This document shows positions 9,717 to 21,327 of a stretch of DNA of 64,000 bases, in pieces. Numbering within the stretch: the stretch's first letter is position 1; each line of letters begins with the position of its first letter. Below the pieces are notes generated by a model. It was not told the origin of the DNA, searched no databases, and saw nothing but the letters and a program-made list of their open reading frames with translations. The stretch spans positions 896,001-960,000 of the forward strand of contig CBDBHB010000009.1 of NCBI GenBank assembly GCA_965205505.1. Direction: 5' to 3'. Position numbers and translations under genes: made by a program. This stretch comes from Acidobacteriota bacterium (lineage in GTDB: Bacteria > Acidobacteriota > UBA890 > WLXD01).

Positions 9717-12420
9717 TCAATCGCGATTGAGCACCGACGCCGGATCGACGCGCGCTGCTCGCCGGGCCGGTACGAGCGCGGCGGCGCAGCCCGCAACGAA
9801 CAGGGCGACCACGACCAGAATGAACGTTGCGGGGTCGGTCGGTCGCACATCGAATAGCAGACCCTCGAGCAGGCGAGTTACTGCCAGCGCAGCGGCCAGA
9901 CCGAGCCCGACGCCGACGACGACCAGGCCGAGACTGCCGCCTACGACCATGCGGCTGATATCGCGGGCGCCGGCCCCGAGCGCCAGCCGTACACCCATCT
10001 CACGCTGACGCAGGCTGACACCGTAGGAGACCACGCCGTACAGGCCGACGACGGCGAGCGTCAGGGCGACCAGTGCGAAGGCCGACATCAGGGTGGCCAC
10101 GAACCGCTCGGCCGCCAGCGAGCCGCCCACCACTGCCTCCATAGTGCCGACATTCGAAGCGGCGAGCAGACTGTCCAAGGCGATGATCTCGCGTCTGACT
10201 GCGGGTGCCATCGAGGTCGGATCACCGGTAGTGCGGATGATCATCGTCATGAATCCCGTTGGAACCTGCGCATACGGAAAGTAGGTGGCGTTGCGCGCAC
10301 TCTGGGCGACGCCGAAGTGCTTGGTGTTGCGTGCGACACCGACGATCGTGCGGTAGGTGGGGTCGTCACCGCTGCCGAAGTAGATACGCTTGCCGACTGG
10401 ATCCGTGTCGTAGAAATAGCGGTTGGCGAGGGTCTCGTTGACGACGACGACGCGCGCTGCTTGCGCATCGTCGGACTCGTTGAAGAACCGGCCGGCGGCG
10501 AGACGCAGCCCCATAGCGTCAAGGTAGCGTGGCGTGACACGGCTGATCCATGAAACCCGTGACTCGCCGGATTCGGCGGGTGCCATTCCCTCGACGTTGA
10601 AGTCCGCGTCGCCGTTGCGGCCACCCAGCGGCAGCGAGCTGACCGCCCCGACGCTCTCCACTCCGGGTAGCGCTCGCACACGGCGCTCCAGCTCCTGGTA
10701 GAAGGTCGCCTGGTCGGTGGCGTTCGCGTATCGGGAGTCGGGTAGATTGAGGCTTACGGTGAGCAGCCGTTCGGTCTCGAAGCCGAGATCTACGGCGTTG
10801 AGCTGCTGGAACGTGCGCAGTAGCAGACCGGCACCAACCAGCATTACCAGCGCCAGCGCCACCTGCACGACCACTAGCGCCGATCGCAGCGGCCGGCCGC
10901 GCGCCGCGCCATCGCCGCTGCGACCGCCCTCCTTGAGTGCTGCCTGCACGTCGGTCCTCGAGGCGCGTAGCGCCGGCAACAAGCCGAACAGTAGCGCCGC
11001 GCCAAGGCTGGCCACGGCAGTGAAGGCCAGCACCCGAGCATCCAGCGTCACGTGCTCGATGCGCGGCGTACCTGGCGGCGCCATCGTGACCAGCAGCCGA
11101 GTGCCCAAGACCCCCAGACCGGCGCCCAGCAGTCCGCCGATGGTCGCCAGTAGAGCGCTCTCCCCCAGCAGCTGACGTACGATGCGATGCCGGCTGGCGC
11201 CGAGCGCCGTTCGCACGCCGATCTCGCCGCTGCGCGACGACGCCTGGGCGAGGAGCAGGTTGGCCACGTTGACGCACGCCATCAGCAGCACGAACCCGAC
11301 CGCACCGAGCAACACCCAAAGCGCCGTCGAGGCCGAGCTGACCAGGTCGTCATGCAGTGGGTAAATCAAGAACCCCTGGTTGGTGTTGGTCTCCGGGAAC
11401 TCGGCTTCCAGCCGTGCGCCGAGCGCGCTCGCGGCCGCCTGGGCAGTGGTTACGTCCACGCCCGTCGCGTAGCCGACCGAGGGCGAGATACGAAGCGCTG
11501 CCGCGACCACCGAAATGCTGCGAGATGTCCTCACGCTGCGGCACCCAGACATCCGCCCGAGGGACGAACGGCGGCTTCAGATCGGCAGGCATGACTCCGA
11601 CGATCGTGTAGGGCTCGCCGTCGAGTTGGATCGTCGTTCCGATGGCGTCGTCGGATGATTGGTAGGCACGCTCCCACAGTGCGTGGCTGAGAACAACGAC
11701 GCGTTCCGCGCCTGGCTTGTCTTCCTCGGGCAGGACGCCACGGCCGACAACGGGTGAAACGCGCAGGACTCGTGAGAGCAGTCCTTGGCTCATCTGCACA
11801 CCGAGGATCTGCTCTGGCTCGTCACCGTGTCCGGTGAGCGTAGGCCCCCAGAAGCTCCAGGTTCCGACCTCCTCGAATACCTCCGAGAGCTGGCGTAGGT
11901 CGTGGAAATCAGGGAAGGACAGCCATTCGCGCTGGCGTCCGTTGATCTTCGTATAGTCGGCCCAGACGGCAACCAGCTGGTGAGGTTCGGGAAAAGGCAA
12001 AGGGCGCAGCAGCACCCCGTCCACGACACTGAAGATCGCCGTGTTGGCGCCGATTCCGAGCGCCAGCGTCAGCACGATAACAATCGAGAAACCGGGGGAG
12101 CGGACCAGAGAACGAGCAGCGAAGCGCAGGTCTTTGAGTAGTAACACGAACATCTGGGCACCGTCCGGGGAGTCGAAGTAGGTTCGATGATGGAGGCGGG
12201 CCGCGCTGCTACGCTGGTCCCGGGTCACACGCCACAGGTCGCGCAGGGTCGATATCCAGAAGCGTGGCAAGGCCAATGACCGGCCCGAATGTCGGGCGGC
12301 ACGATGACCATCGCGGAAGATCGAGAGCATCTCGGCTGCCGCCTCATGCCGGAGCTCAGCCGGGGTCAGTCGCAGCAGCGCCGCGTAGGCGCGCTCTGCA
12401 CGGGTGACGTGCTGCCTCAC
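9717..12420 (-). CDS. ADOP-type (duplicated MacB/FtsX) permease with a +1 frameshift at ~11461-11463
   Basis: DLRFAARSL..GFS..LTLALGIGANTAIFS, LLMACVNVANLLLA, R.REMGVRLALGA; removing one G from GACGGGCGTG joins the two ORFs. Confidence 0.85.
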
Positions 12421-12593
12421 CGCGTCTCCGGTACCGGGACCACCAGATCAACGTTAGCCCGTCGGACCAGCTCGGCCAGGCGCCGAGCCTCCGCGGTGGC
12501 CACTTCGTTGCCGGCGGGGGTCAGCCGATAGTACTGGCGACGCGCGTCTTCTCCTTCGTCGACCGTGCTGGTGTGCTCGATCAAACCGCGCGC
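12057..12593. repeat. 537-bp direct repeat, copy 1 (padR 3' end + permease 5' end)
   Basis: Matches 22736-23272 at offset 10679; 9 substitutions seen. Confidence 0.95.
12417..12593 (-). pseudogene. 3' half of a PadR-family regulator (5' half missing)
   Basis: RGLIEHTS.VDEGEDARRQYYRLT, nearly identical to the C-terminus of 23096-23458. Confidence 0.9.
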
Positions 12594-13885
12594 CGCCCAG
12601 GAGTCGGGGCTCGATGCGGGCGTTGTTGCCGAAGTGGCTGCCGTGGTGGCGGACGCGGGCACCCGGTTGGCCACCCACAGTTGGCGCAGCGCTGCCGCCG
12701 GCAACGAGGGGGGCTGGCAAGTGGCGCGCACGCTGATGCTCCTCAACGCGCTGACCGGATCGGTGGCGACGCCCGGCGGTACCTACCCGAACGCCTGGAA
12801 CAAGTTCGTACCCCGGCCCATCCACGCACCGAGTCATCCCAAGACATGGAACGAGCTCAACTGGCCGCGGCAGTACCCGCTGTCGATGTACGAGCTGTCG
12901 TTCCTGTTGCCGCACTTGATGCGCGAGCAGAACGGACATCTCGACGTCTACTTCACCCGCGTATATAACCCGGTGTGGACTAATCCCGACGGCTTTTCGT
13001 GGATCGAGATGCTGAGCGACGAGGCCAAAGTGGGGCTCTACGTAGCGCTCACGCCGACCTGGAACGAAACCGCTTACTTCGCCGACTACGTGCTGCCGAT
13101 GGGCCACGGATCGGAGCGTCACGACATTCACTCCTATGAGACCCACGACGCCCAGTGGCTGGGCTTTCGCCAGCCGGTGACGCGTGCTGCCCGCGAGCGT
13201 CTGGGTGAAGTCGTCACCGATACCCGGCAGGTCAACCCCGGCGAGGTATGGGAGGAGAACGAGTTCTGGATCGATCTGACTTGGCGCATCGACCCCGACG
13301 GCGATCTCGGCATCCGCTGGTTCGCGGAGTCGAAAGCGCGGCCGGGCGAGAAGCTGACCGTCGACGAGTACTACGGACGGCCACATCTTCGACAACTCGG
13401 TTCCGGGCCTGCCGGAGGCGGCCAAGGCCGAGGACCTCACGCCGTTGCAGTACATGCGGCGTTACGGTGCCTTCGAGCTGTCCGACCATGTCGGCCCGCT
13501 CTACGAGGAAGAGGTTGCCGGCGATCAGCTGGTCGATATCGGCGAGGATCTCTTCGGTCGCGTCTACACCGCGGCCCCCGCCCCGGCGCCCGACAACCTC
13601 GTGCCCACCGGCGTCCCGGACCCTGATGAGGAAGGTCGCCGCCCCGCCGGCGTGCGCGTCGACGGCGTCGTCCGGCGCGGCTTCCCGACGCCGAGCGGGC
13701 GACTCGAGTTCTATTCATCGACGCTGGCGCAGTGGGGCTGGCCGCAGTTCGCGCTGCCCACCTACATCCGCAGCCATGTGCATCCCGACAACCTTGCCGA
13801 CGGGCAGGTGCCCTTGATCTCGACGTTCAGGCTGCCGGTGCAGATTCACACGCGCTCGGCCAACGCCAAGTGGCTCGACGAGATC
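12591..13885 (+). pseudogene. internal fragment duplicated from the molybdopterin oxidoreductase gene at 51126-52416
   Basis: Near-identical DNA; two synonymous SNPs seen (12916, 13266) plus a 4-bp ACGG duplication (13373-13380). Confidence 0.95.
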
Positions 13886-14190
13886 CCGGCCGCAATGCCC
13901 TTGGCCTTGTCAAACACGCTCTTCCAGGTATCCCCCTCTCCGCGAGCGGCCGTCGTGCACCGCTCTCCGCCCAGCAAGTACCACGGGTTGAGGAACTCGT
14001 CGCACGCGCTTTCCCGGTCGTCGCTGTCTCCGATTAGATCCATCCCCGAGGCGAAGCTAGCGCCCCGCTCGCTGCTCAGATAAAAGCCACTGCTCGCCTG
14101 TGCCCAGGCCGGGCCAACACTAACGCCGATAAACGCGACCAGCAGTACGCAGGTCCGTAGGATCAGTGCTCTGAAAGACCGTTTGTGCAT
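13886..14190 (-). pseudogene. 5' fragment of an exported, probably outer-membrane beta-barrel protein
   Basis: Signal peptide ending AWA-QASSGFYLS; cut off at the junction with the oxidoreductase fragment. Confidence 0.55.
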
Positions 14191-14256
14191 CGCTTACTTC
14201 CCTACTAGAGGGGATACCGTAGGGTTGCTTTATTGGAGTTCCCCATGGTCATGCCT

Positions 14257-17160
14257 TCATCCATCTAACTGGAAGCCCCAGTCATAGTTGACGCGCGCGT
14301 AGTAGTAAGCTCCGTTAAAGCCGAACGGCGAAAACTGGCCGTAGTAGTTACCTGTCCCGGCTGCAGCCAGTGGATTGACCTCCGGGTGCGTGTTCAGGAG
14401 GTTCTGGGCCCCTGTAGAGAAAGTGAGATGGTCGTTAATCGGTACGTCGAACACGACATCGAGGAGCGCCTTGCCCGCGTACAACTCGTACAGGTAAGAC
14501 ATATCGGGGTTGCCGAGCGTTGCGGACGCCCAGGCTCTGGCGTCCTCCCGGTCCCAGTATTTGCCGAAGAAGTTCATGCGTGCCATCAGGCTCCACCCGG
14601 GGGCCGTGTGGTCAACGGCGATGTTCCATCGCATCTGGGGCAACCCGCGTTCGATTGCGCTGCGACGGTCGTCGTCGATGGTGTCGGACGTGAAGGACGT
14701 GATCTTGGTCGAGGTGTAGTTGAAAACGACGCTAAAGAGAGTTTCGCCGCCCAGCCCTGTCGTGGCGTAGGTCGACACGACATCGACACCTTCCGTCTTG
14801 GTCGCGAAGTCGTTCACGAAGAAGCGGAACTTCTGCAGGTTGGCCGCCTCGGCGAACCCGCCCGCAATCAACGACATGGTCTCATCCGCCGTGAGCGAGA
14901 AGTTCTTCGTGATGGTGAGACGATCCGAGACGTTGATCCGGAAGTAGTCGGCGGTAAACGTGAAGGGGCCGGTGTCGACGACCGCGCCGCCCGAATAGTT
15001 GATTGACGTTTCAGGCTGGAGTGGTTTCCCTCCCCGCAGCGCCGCAGCCGGGGAGATCGATGGAATCGTGCCGTTATTGACAAGATCCATGAGTGCGAAG
15101 TCGTACTCGGTCGTCACGTTGAACGCATTCTGCTGCCCCGGGGTGGGCGCACGGAACCCGCTACTGATCGCCGAGCGCAAGGCGACAGTATCGCTAAATT
15201 CGTACCGTCCGGCGAGTTTGCTGTTCATCGTGGTACCGAAACCTTGGAAATCTTCGATCCGGACGGCGGCGCCCAGGGTCCACTCATTGGCTGCGTCGCT
15301 CACCTCGACATCGCCGTAGACCGCGACGTTGGAACGGTTCCAGGTGCCGGAGTTCTCGGGCCGGGTGCCGTTGTAGCCGTTGGACCCGGAGCTGAATCCC
15401 TGCGATGCATAGGGGCCGATGGCCCATGAGGCGGGGTCGCCGGCACCGAGATGGTACTGCTCCTGGCGCCACTCGGCGCCGCCCGCCACGTTGACCGTAT
15501 CGCTTGCGACATAGGATAGGTCGAGGTTCACGCTGAGATCGGTCTGCCGCAACAAGTTCGGCCTGAACTGAGTCGGGCTTTCTGGGCCGAGGGAGGCGTT
15601 CACGGTGTCATAGATGAACGTATCGACCTCGTTCCGGCCCCAGCTCACGCTCGCGTCCCAGGTAAGACCGTTGGCCATGAATCCGCGTATACCGGTAACC
15701 ACCGACGCGTCGAACAGGTCACCGCCGAACTGTGGCGTGAACCCTCCTGGAAGGCCACCGGGCGAGCCCGAGAAGGGTTGATGGAACGTGAAACAGTTCG
15801 GGTCATTGACAACCTGGCCGAAGGCGGCCGGGTCGGGAGCATTGTCGGTGATGCCTACCATCGGACAGTTGGCCGAACCCTGGCCGTTAGCGGCTAGCAC
15901 GTCGCCGACGAGCAACGTGTCGCCGCCGTCGATGCTGAAAACCGAGCCGCGGGTATTCGGGTTTCGGTAGTAGAAGCCGCCGGTCACCTTCTTGCTCGCG
16001 TAGTTGCTGTGGGCATACCACTGCAGCCTGTTGGCGAACAGGTAGCCGAAATTGCCGAAGACCTTCAGGTCGTCCTCGATCTTCGGTACGCCCCAGACCT
16101 GGGCAGGGTCTCGAACGTCCAGGTTGCCGGCTGCCCGGAGCGCCGCAGCATCGTCACGCTGGATGGCGCGGTTGGTCGGGCCCACGTTGCCGTATTCCAC
16201 GCTCAGGTTTGCGAACCCAGTTGCACCCAGCGGCAACCCAACGTTGCCGGCGACGGTGTATGCACCGCCATGGCCGCCGATGCCGTTACAGGACGTGCCG
16301 GGAATCCCGCAGGTGCCTTGGTCGCCTGTGTTGACGTCGAAGAACCGTCCGGTGCGTAACTGTATGCTGCCGCCGGAGCGGGCCTCCTTGAGCTGGAAGT
16401 TCATAACGCCGGCGATCGCATCCGATCCGTACTGCGCCGAGGCGCCGTCGCGAAGCACCTCGACCTGCCGCAGCGCGATGGAGGGGATGACCGAGATATC
16501 CGGACCTTGTGAACCGTCCGAGAGCCCGTTGCCGAGCCAGGTGATGACCGCGGCGCGGTGGCGACGCTTACCGTTCACCAGGACGAGCGTGTGGTCGGGC
16601 GCCAGGCCGCGCAGGTTGGCCGGTCGGACGATCGAGGCCGCATCGCTGATCGGCTGCGTGTTGACGTTGAAGGAAGGCACAGAGGTTCGCAATTGGTTGG
16701 TGATATCGCCGTCACCTTGGCTAGCGAGCTCATCGGCGGTGATGACGTCGACGGGCACGGCGGACTCGGTCGCCGATCGTGGCTGGGCACGACTGCCGAC
16801 AACGACCACTTCCTCGTGGAGTTGCACGGACATCTCGATATCGACAGTTACTGTCGCCCCGGCGGTGAGATCCACATCCTCGCGCACGACTGTGCCGAAG
16901 CTGGGCAGGCTGAACGTCGCGTCGTACACACCAGGCGGCAGGGCGATGGTGAACTTGCCGTCGTTGTCGGTGAACGTGGACCGCCGGACCTCACCGCCAG
17001 GCATTGCGCTGCGCACCTGCACGTTGACACCAGGCAGCCTGTGCTGCGCGATGGTAACCGTGCCAGAAATCACCGCGTCTTGCTGGGCGGCGGAGACAAC
17101 AGGCACAAATAGGAGGGCGGTGAAAACCAGCCCACCAACGACGGATTGATAGGATCTCAT
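14257..17160 (-). CDS. TonB-dependent receptor with N-terminal carboxypeptidase-regulatory-like domain
   Basis: VVVVGSR, ANLRGLAPDHTLVLVNGKRRH, VEVLRDGASAQYGSDAIAGVMNF, GFRAP; GAGG RBS before ATG at 17160. Confidence 0.92.
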   Translation of the reverse strand: MRSYQSVVGGLVFTALLFVPVVSAAQQDAVISGTVTIAQHRLPGVNVQVRSAMPGGEVRRSTFTDNDGKFTIALPPGVYDATFSLPSFGTVVREDVDLTAGATVTVDIEMSVQLHEEVVVVGSRAQPRSATESAVPVDVITADELASQGDGDITNQLRTSVPSFNVNTQPISDAASIVRPANLRGLAPDHTLVLVNGKRRHRAAVITWLGNGLSDGSQGPDISVIPSIALRQVEVLRDGASAQYGSDAIAGVMNFQLKEARSGGSIQLRTGRFFDVNTGDQGTCGIPGTSCNGIGGHGGAYTVAGNVGLPLGATGFANLSVEYGNVGPTNRAIQRDDAAALRAAGNLDVRDPAQVWGVPKIEDDLKVFGNFGYLFANRLQWYAHSNYASKKVTGGFYYRNPNTRGSVFSIDGGDTLLVGDVLAANGQGSANCPMVGITDNAPDPAAFGQVVNDPNCFTFHQPFSGSPGGLPGGFTPQFGGDLFDASVVTGIRGFMANGLTWDASVSWGRNEVDTFIYDTVNASLGPESPTQFRPNLLRQTDLSVNLDLSYVASDTVNVAGGAEWRQEQYHLGAGDPASWAIGPYASQGFSSGSNGYNGTRPENSGTWNRSNVAVYGDVEVSDAANEWTLGAAVRIEDFQGFGTTMNSKLAGRYEFSDTVALRSAISSGFRAPTPGQQNAFNVTTEYDFALMDLVNNGTIPSISPAAALRGGKPLQPETSINYSGGAVVDTGPFTFTADYFRINVSDRLTITKNFSLTADETMSLIAGGFAEAANLQKFRFFVNDFATKTEGVDVVSTYATTGLGGETLFSVVFNYTSTKITSFTSDTIDDDRRSAIERGLPQMRWNIAVDHTAPGWSLMARMNFFGKYWDREDARAWASATLGNPDMSYLYELYAGKALLDVVFDVPINDHLTFSTGAQNLLNTHPEVNPLAAAGTGNYYGQFSPFGFNGAYYYARVNYDWGFQLDG

Positions 17161-17556
17161 ATCTACCTCAGACGTATCCGGGAATGTTGCGGCAAAACGG
17201 ATCATCGTAGCCTTTACGCAGCAGTGGATAATACCATCCTAAAGGGTACGTATCCGTCCCTGGTTCGGTGACTCCTGGGGTCGGTGGGAGCTGGGTCGTA
17301 GTCAACGGGCTTCTTTGCGCGACCAGATTCAAACTCAGCCACTACCGTCCGATCCCTCTTAGGTATACACGTATATAATTCCCTAAAGAGTAGGCGCGAT
17401 CAAGAATACCCTCGAGGAAGTAACGGACCCCAGACTCCGAATCGACGATCCCATCAACGTGAAGAAGTCCAAGAAAGTGAAGAGACACAGGACGCCGAAA
17501 GTCCAAATAGTAGGCTTCATCGAGTAGCCTGATCTCGGGCAAGGAGAGTCGCTGTA

Positions 17557-19321
17557 ATGGTCGGTCGGACCATTGCGCACTACGAGATTACGGCTAGGAT
17601 CGCCCAAGGCGGTATGGGCGTCGTATACAGAGCCGTCGATCACAAGCTCGACCGCGCCGTAGCGATCAAGGTGATGCGCGAGGACGTGACCTCCGCGCTC
17701 AACTCCGCCAGATTCCTCCGCGAGTCGCGGATCGTCGCCCGCCTCCAGCATCCCAACATCCTGCCGGTCTACGATTCCGGTGAGGAAGAAGGGCTCCTGT
17801 TCTACGTGATGCCGCTCGTCGAGGGGGAGACTCTCGCGCAACGGTTGGCCCACGAGCGGCGCCTGCCGATCGATAAGGCCCTGCAGATCACGCGTGACAT
17901 TGTCGAGGCGCTTGCTTATGCGCACGCGCGGGAAATCGTGCATCGCGATGTCAAACTGTCCAATGTGCTCCTCTCTAGTGGGCGTGCCATGCTCGCTGAT
18001 TCCGGCGTAGCTGTCGCGCTGGGATCACGGCAGGACGACAAGCTAACCGGTACGGGCTTTGTGCTGGGAACTTCTTCGTATATGAGCCCCGAGCAGGCAA
18101 GCGGAAGCCTCGAGATCGGCGGGCGCAGCGATCTCTACAGCGTTGGTTGCGTACTTTTTGAGATGCTGACCGGAGCACCTCCGTTCACAGGAGAGACTCC
18201 TGCGGCGATTCTCAAGGGTCACCTGTTGGACGCGCCGACTATGCTGCGGACCGTCCGACCGCAAGTACCCGTTGCCGTCGAAGTAGCGGTCGATCGGGTC
18301 CTTTCGAAGAAAGCCGCAGATCGGTTTCCCAACGCCCGACGGTTCTTGGATGCCCTTGCAGGCGAAAGTGAAGGGATGCCCGAGGTGCAAACGGATGCGG
18401 TGACGATAGGTGCCGGCGACCCCGTCGCCGTTGCTCGCCCGACAGCGGCGTCTCTCACATTTCGGCAGGCCATGGCGGGGGGCCTGACCCTCGGGCTGGT
18501 CGTTGCTGTCGCGCTTTGGATGTTCCTTCCACTGGGACAGCCGGCCGTGAGCGAAACACCGTTGCCGATTGTCGCCGTTCTTCCATTCGAGAATCTCACC
18601 GGAGACGCGTCGCTCGATCACGTGGGAATCGGAACTGCCCATGCGCTGGTGTCGGCGCTCTCGACACTGTCCGGCGTTACCGCGATTTCTCGCGCCGCGA
18701 CCCTTCAGTACGGCGCCGACAGCACGAACGTAACCGAGTTGGCGCGAGGCCTTGGCGCAACCTTCGTCGTTCAGGGGGTGGTGCAGGCGGTGGCGGCGCG
18801 GATACAGGTCACGGCGAGTGTGGTTCGCTCGGACGAATCGGTCATCTGGGGACAATCCTACGAAGGCGGTCTTGAGGATTTGTTCGATATGCAGCGCAGG
18901 CTTTTTAGAGGCGTTAGCCAGGCTCTCCAGGTGAGTCTCCGGCCGGAGGACCTTGAACGGTTCAATCAGCCGCCTACGCGCAACAGAAATGCCTACGCCG
19001 AGTACTCGCAGGGTCGGGCCTTTCTGGAGCGCACGGACGTTGCCGGTAAACTCCAGCGAGGAGCTCGCCTTTTCGAGAGTGCGATCAGGCGCGACCCGAG
19101 CTTTGCGTTGGCTCACGCGGGTCTTGCGGAGTCTTTTTGGGAAACGTATCGAGATACCTTGGATCAACAGTGGGTCGAACGTGCCATGGATTCGGCGGAA
19201 GAGGCTCGACGCCTCGAGCCAACGCGCCCGGAAGTCCGCCAGACACTCGCCGTGATCTACGAAGGGATGGGACGTTACGAAGAGGCGCTGCTGGAATTGG
19301 ACGGTGCGCTCGAGCTGCAGC
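17557..19321 (+). pseudogene. Ser/Thr protein kinase with TM, TolB-like and TPR region, truncated by IS21
   Basis: QGGMGVVYRA, VAIK, HRDVK, D(S)G in place of DFG, YMSPEQ, VAVLPFENL; the IS starts at 19322 inside the TPRs. Confidence 0.85.
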
Positions 19322-19463
19322 TGGTAGCGGCAGACTGAAAAGGGACCCCGTGGCGGGTTGAAAAGGGACCCCCTGAGAAGCGCTGGACTGGCCCCCCCTG
19401 GTGGGGTAGCGAGACGGAAGCAATAGAGCGTTTCGGATACCCGATCCAGGAGGACCCGAGGAG

Positions 19464-20092
19464 GTGATCAGAGTGTCTCAGTGGGCCGAGATTCGGCACA
19501 TGCACGTCGTGGATGGGATCGCCAAGAAGGAGATAGCCCGACGGCTGGAGGTAAACATCAAGACCGTGCGTCGGGCGCTGGACAAAGACGAGGCGCCGCT
19601 GCTGCGGGCAACGCCCCGGCGTGGGCGGCGGCTGGATCCGTGGCGGGAGCAGATCGAGGGCTGGTTGAAAGCCGATACGCCCGTTCGTTCCGACAGGGAG
19701 CCAAGGTGCTGGAGCCGCTACACGTGCTGCCGTTGCTGGAGCGCAAGCACCGGGCGGTGGGCGAGGCGACGGCGCTGCAGGGCTGGGAGCTGCCCGAGGC
19801 GTTCGGCGAGCTCAGAAGACAGCTCCACCAGTGCACCCGCAAACCGGACCGGGAATGGGTGAAGGTGCTGCGGCTGTTGGAGGAGCACGAGCAGCCCGAG
19901 GTGGAAGCCGCGGTCCAGGAGGCGCTACGGAGCGGATCGCCCCGCTACGAGACCGTGCGCTTGTTGCTACGTCGAGCACAGCGGGCGGGGATGCCCCAGG
20001 TACGCCCGGTGCCGGTACGCGCTGAGCTGGCGGCGATGAGGGTCCCAGAGCCGGTGCTGGAGGCGTACGACGTGCTCTGGAGGACAAGCTGA
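19464..20092 (+). pseudogene. istA: IstA transposase with the central catalytic region deleted
   Basis: N-terminal HTH (KKEIARRLEVNIKTVRRAL...LDPWREQIEGWL) joined at ~19680 to the C-terminus (PLHVLPLLERK) in another frame; only ~630 bp. Confidence 0.8.
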
Positions 20093-20871
20093 TGGCGGTG
20101 GCCAAGATCCAGGAGCCACCGCATCTGCTGGAGGATCTGCGGACCCTGTACCTGACGAGCATGGCCTCACAGTGGCGAACGGTGGCGGAGCAGGCACGCA
20201 GCCACCGGCAACCCTATGCGGAGTTCTTGGCCGATCTGGCGAGGCTCGAGGTAACGGGTCGGCGAGAGCGACGCATCCAGCGGCGCGTGAAGGAGGCGCG
20301 CTTCCCGATGCTCAAGACGCTGGATGCCTTCCAGTTCGAGGCGCAGCCGACGCTGGATCGGGACGAGGTGCTGGAGTTGTTCCGCTGCGAGTGGGTCCGA
20401 GAGGCGGCCAATGTGGTGTTCGTCGGCTCCGTCGGTACCGGCAAGACCCACCTGGCGATCGCGCTCGGGATGGCCTGCTGCCAGCAGGACTACCGGGTGA
20501 AGTTCACCACCGCTGCCGAGCTCACCAACATACTCGTGGAGGCCAAGCAGGACGGCCGGCTGTCCAGAAAGCTCGAGCAGATGGCGCGCTACGACGTGGT
20601 CATCCTCGATGAGCTCGGCTACGTGCCGTTCGACAAGCAAGGAGCCGATCTACTGTTCCGCTTCATCACCCGGGTGTACGAGCGCCGCTCCGTGGTGGTG
20701 ACCACGAACCTGCCGTTCGCCAAGTGGTCCGAGGTGTTCTTGGATGCCACGGCGGCCGCTGCGGTGATCGACCGGATCGTGCACCACGCTACCGTGCTCA
20801 AGACCGAAGGCAACAGCTACCGACTCAGGGCCGCTAAGGACAGAGGCCGACGTCGAAAGGGAGGACCATAA
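20092..20871 (+). CDS. istB: IS21 helper AAA+ ATPase
   Basis: GSVGTGKTHLA, LDELGY, TTNLPF.KW, DRIVHH. Confidence 0.95.
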   Translation: MAVAKIQEPPHLLEDLRTLYLTSMASQWRTVAEQARSHRQPYAEFLADLARLEVTGRRERRIQRRVKEARFPMLKTLDAFQFEAQPTLDRDEVLELFRCEWVREAANVVFVGSVGTGKTHLAIALGMACCQQDYRVKFTTAAELTNILVEAKQDGRLSRKLEQMARYDVVILDELGYVPFDKQGADLLFRFITRVYERRSVVVTTNLPFAKWSEVFLDATAAAAVIDRIVHHATVLKTEGNSYRLRAAKDRGRRRKGGP

Positions 20872-21327
20872 CGCTGCAGGACCCCGCGGCCGTGGAAACC
20901 GCCTCTACGACTACATAGGGGGTCCCTTTTTAACCCGCCGCAAAGGTCCCTTTACGACTTGCCATTACCAGTAGGACACCCAAAGGCGCAACGGTTTCGC
21001 TCCGGGCGCTCTTTTTTACCCATGAGACAGCACCGGCACGATGGTCTGGATCGGGGCGGGCAACCTGGAGTGCGGCCCGGGCCCACTGATCGATGGGGAC
21101 AGCAGCATCAGGCCCAGGATGACGGCCGGAATCAGCGTCAGTGCACGGCCCGAAAGGTTGATCCTGGGCGAGCGGAGATCGCCCATCCGCACGTTGCCGA
21201 GCTCACCTCTGTCCATATCATCTCTCCGTAGGCACGGGGGCGGTGGGGTAGACACGTCTTCAGGGTAGCGTGCGTGGCCGTGTGCCAACCCACTTCAGCT
21301 GGCAGGGAACCGACCCGGTACTGCTCC

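Larger units (their letters stand above)
19322..20970 (+). mobile_element. IS21-family element, internally deleted
   Basis: TG...CA ends; IRL TGGTAGCGGCAGACTGAAAAGGGACC vs IRR reverse complement TGGTAATGGCAAGTCGTAAAGGGACC, with repeated AAAGGGACC boxes; istA/istB order. Confidence 0.9.

Noticed and set aside
17206-17556. Lower-GC stretch with a short Lys-rich open frame ending at 17527
   Set aside because: No start codon or recognisable domain; probably decayed DNA or another junction.
20971-21327. Small minus-strand ORF (MDRGELG...LIPAVILGLMLL) like the start of a membrane protein
   Set aside because: Too short to identify; at most another gene scrap.
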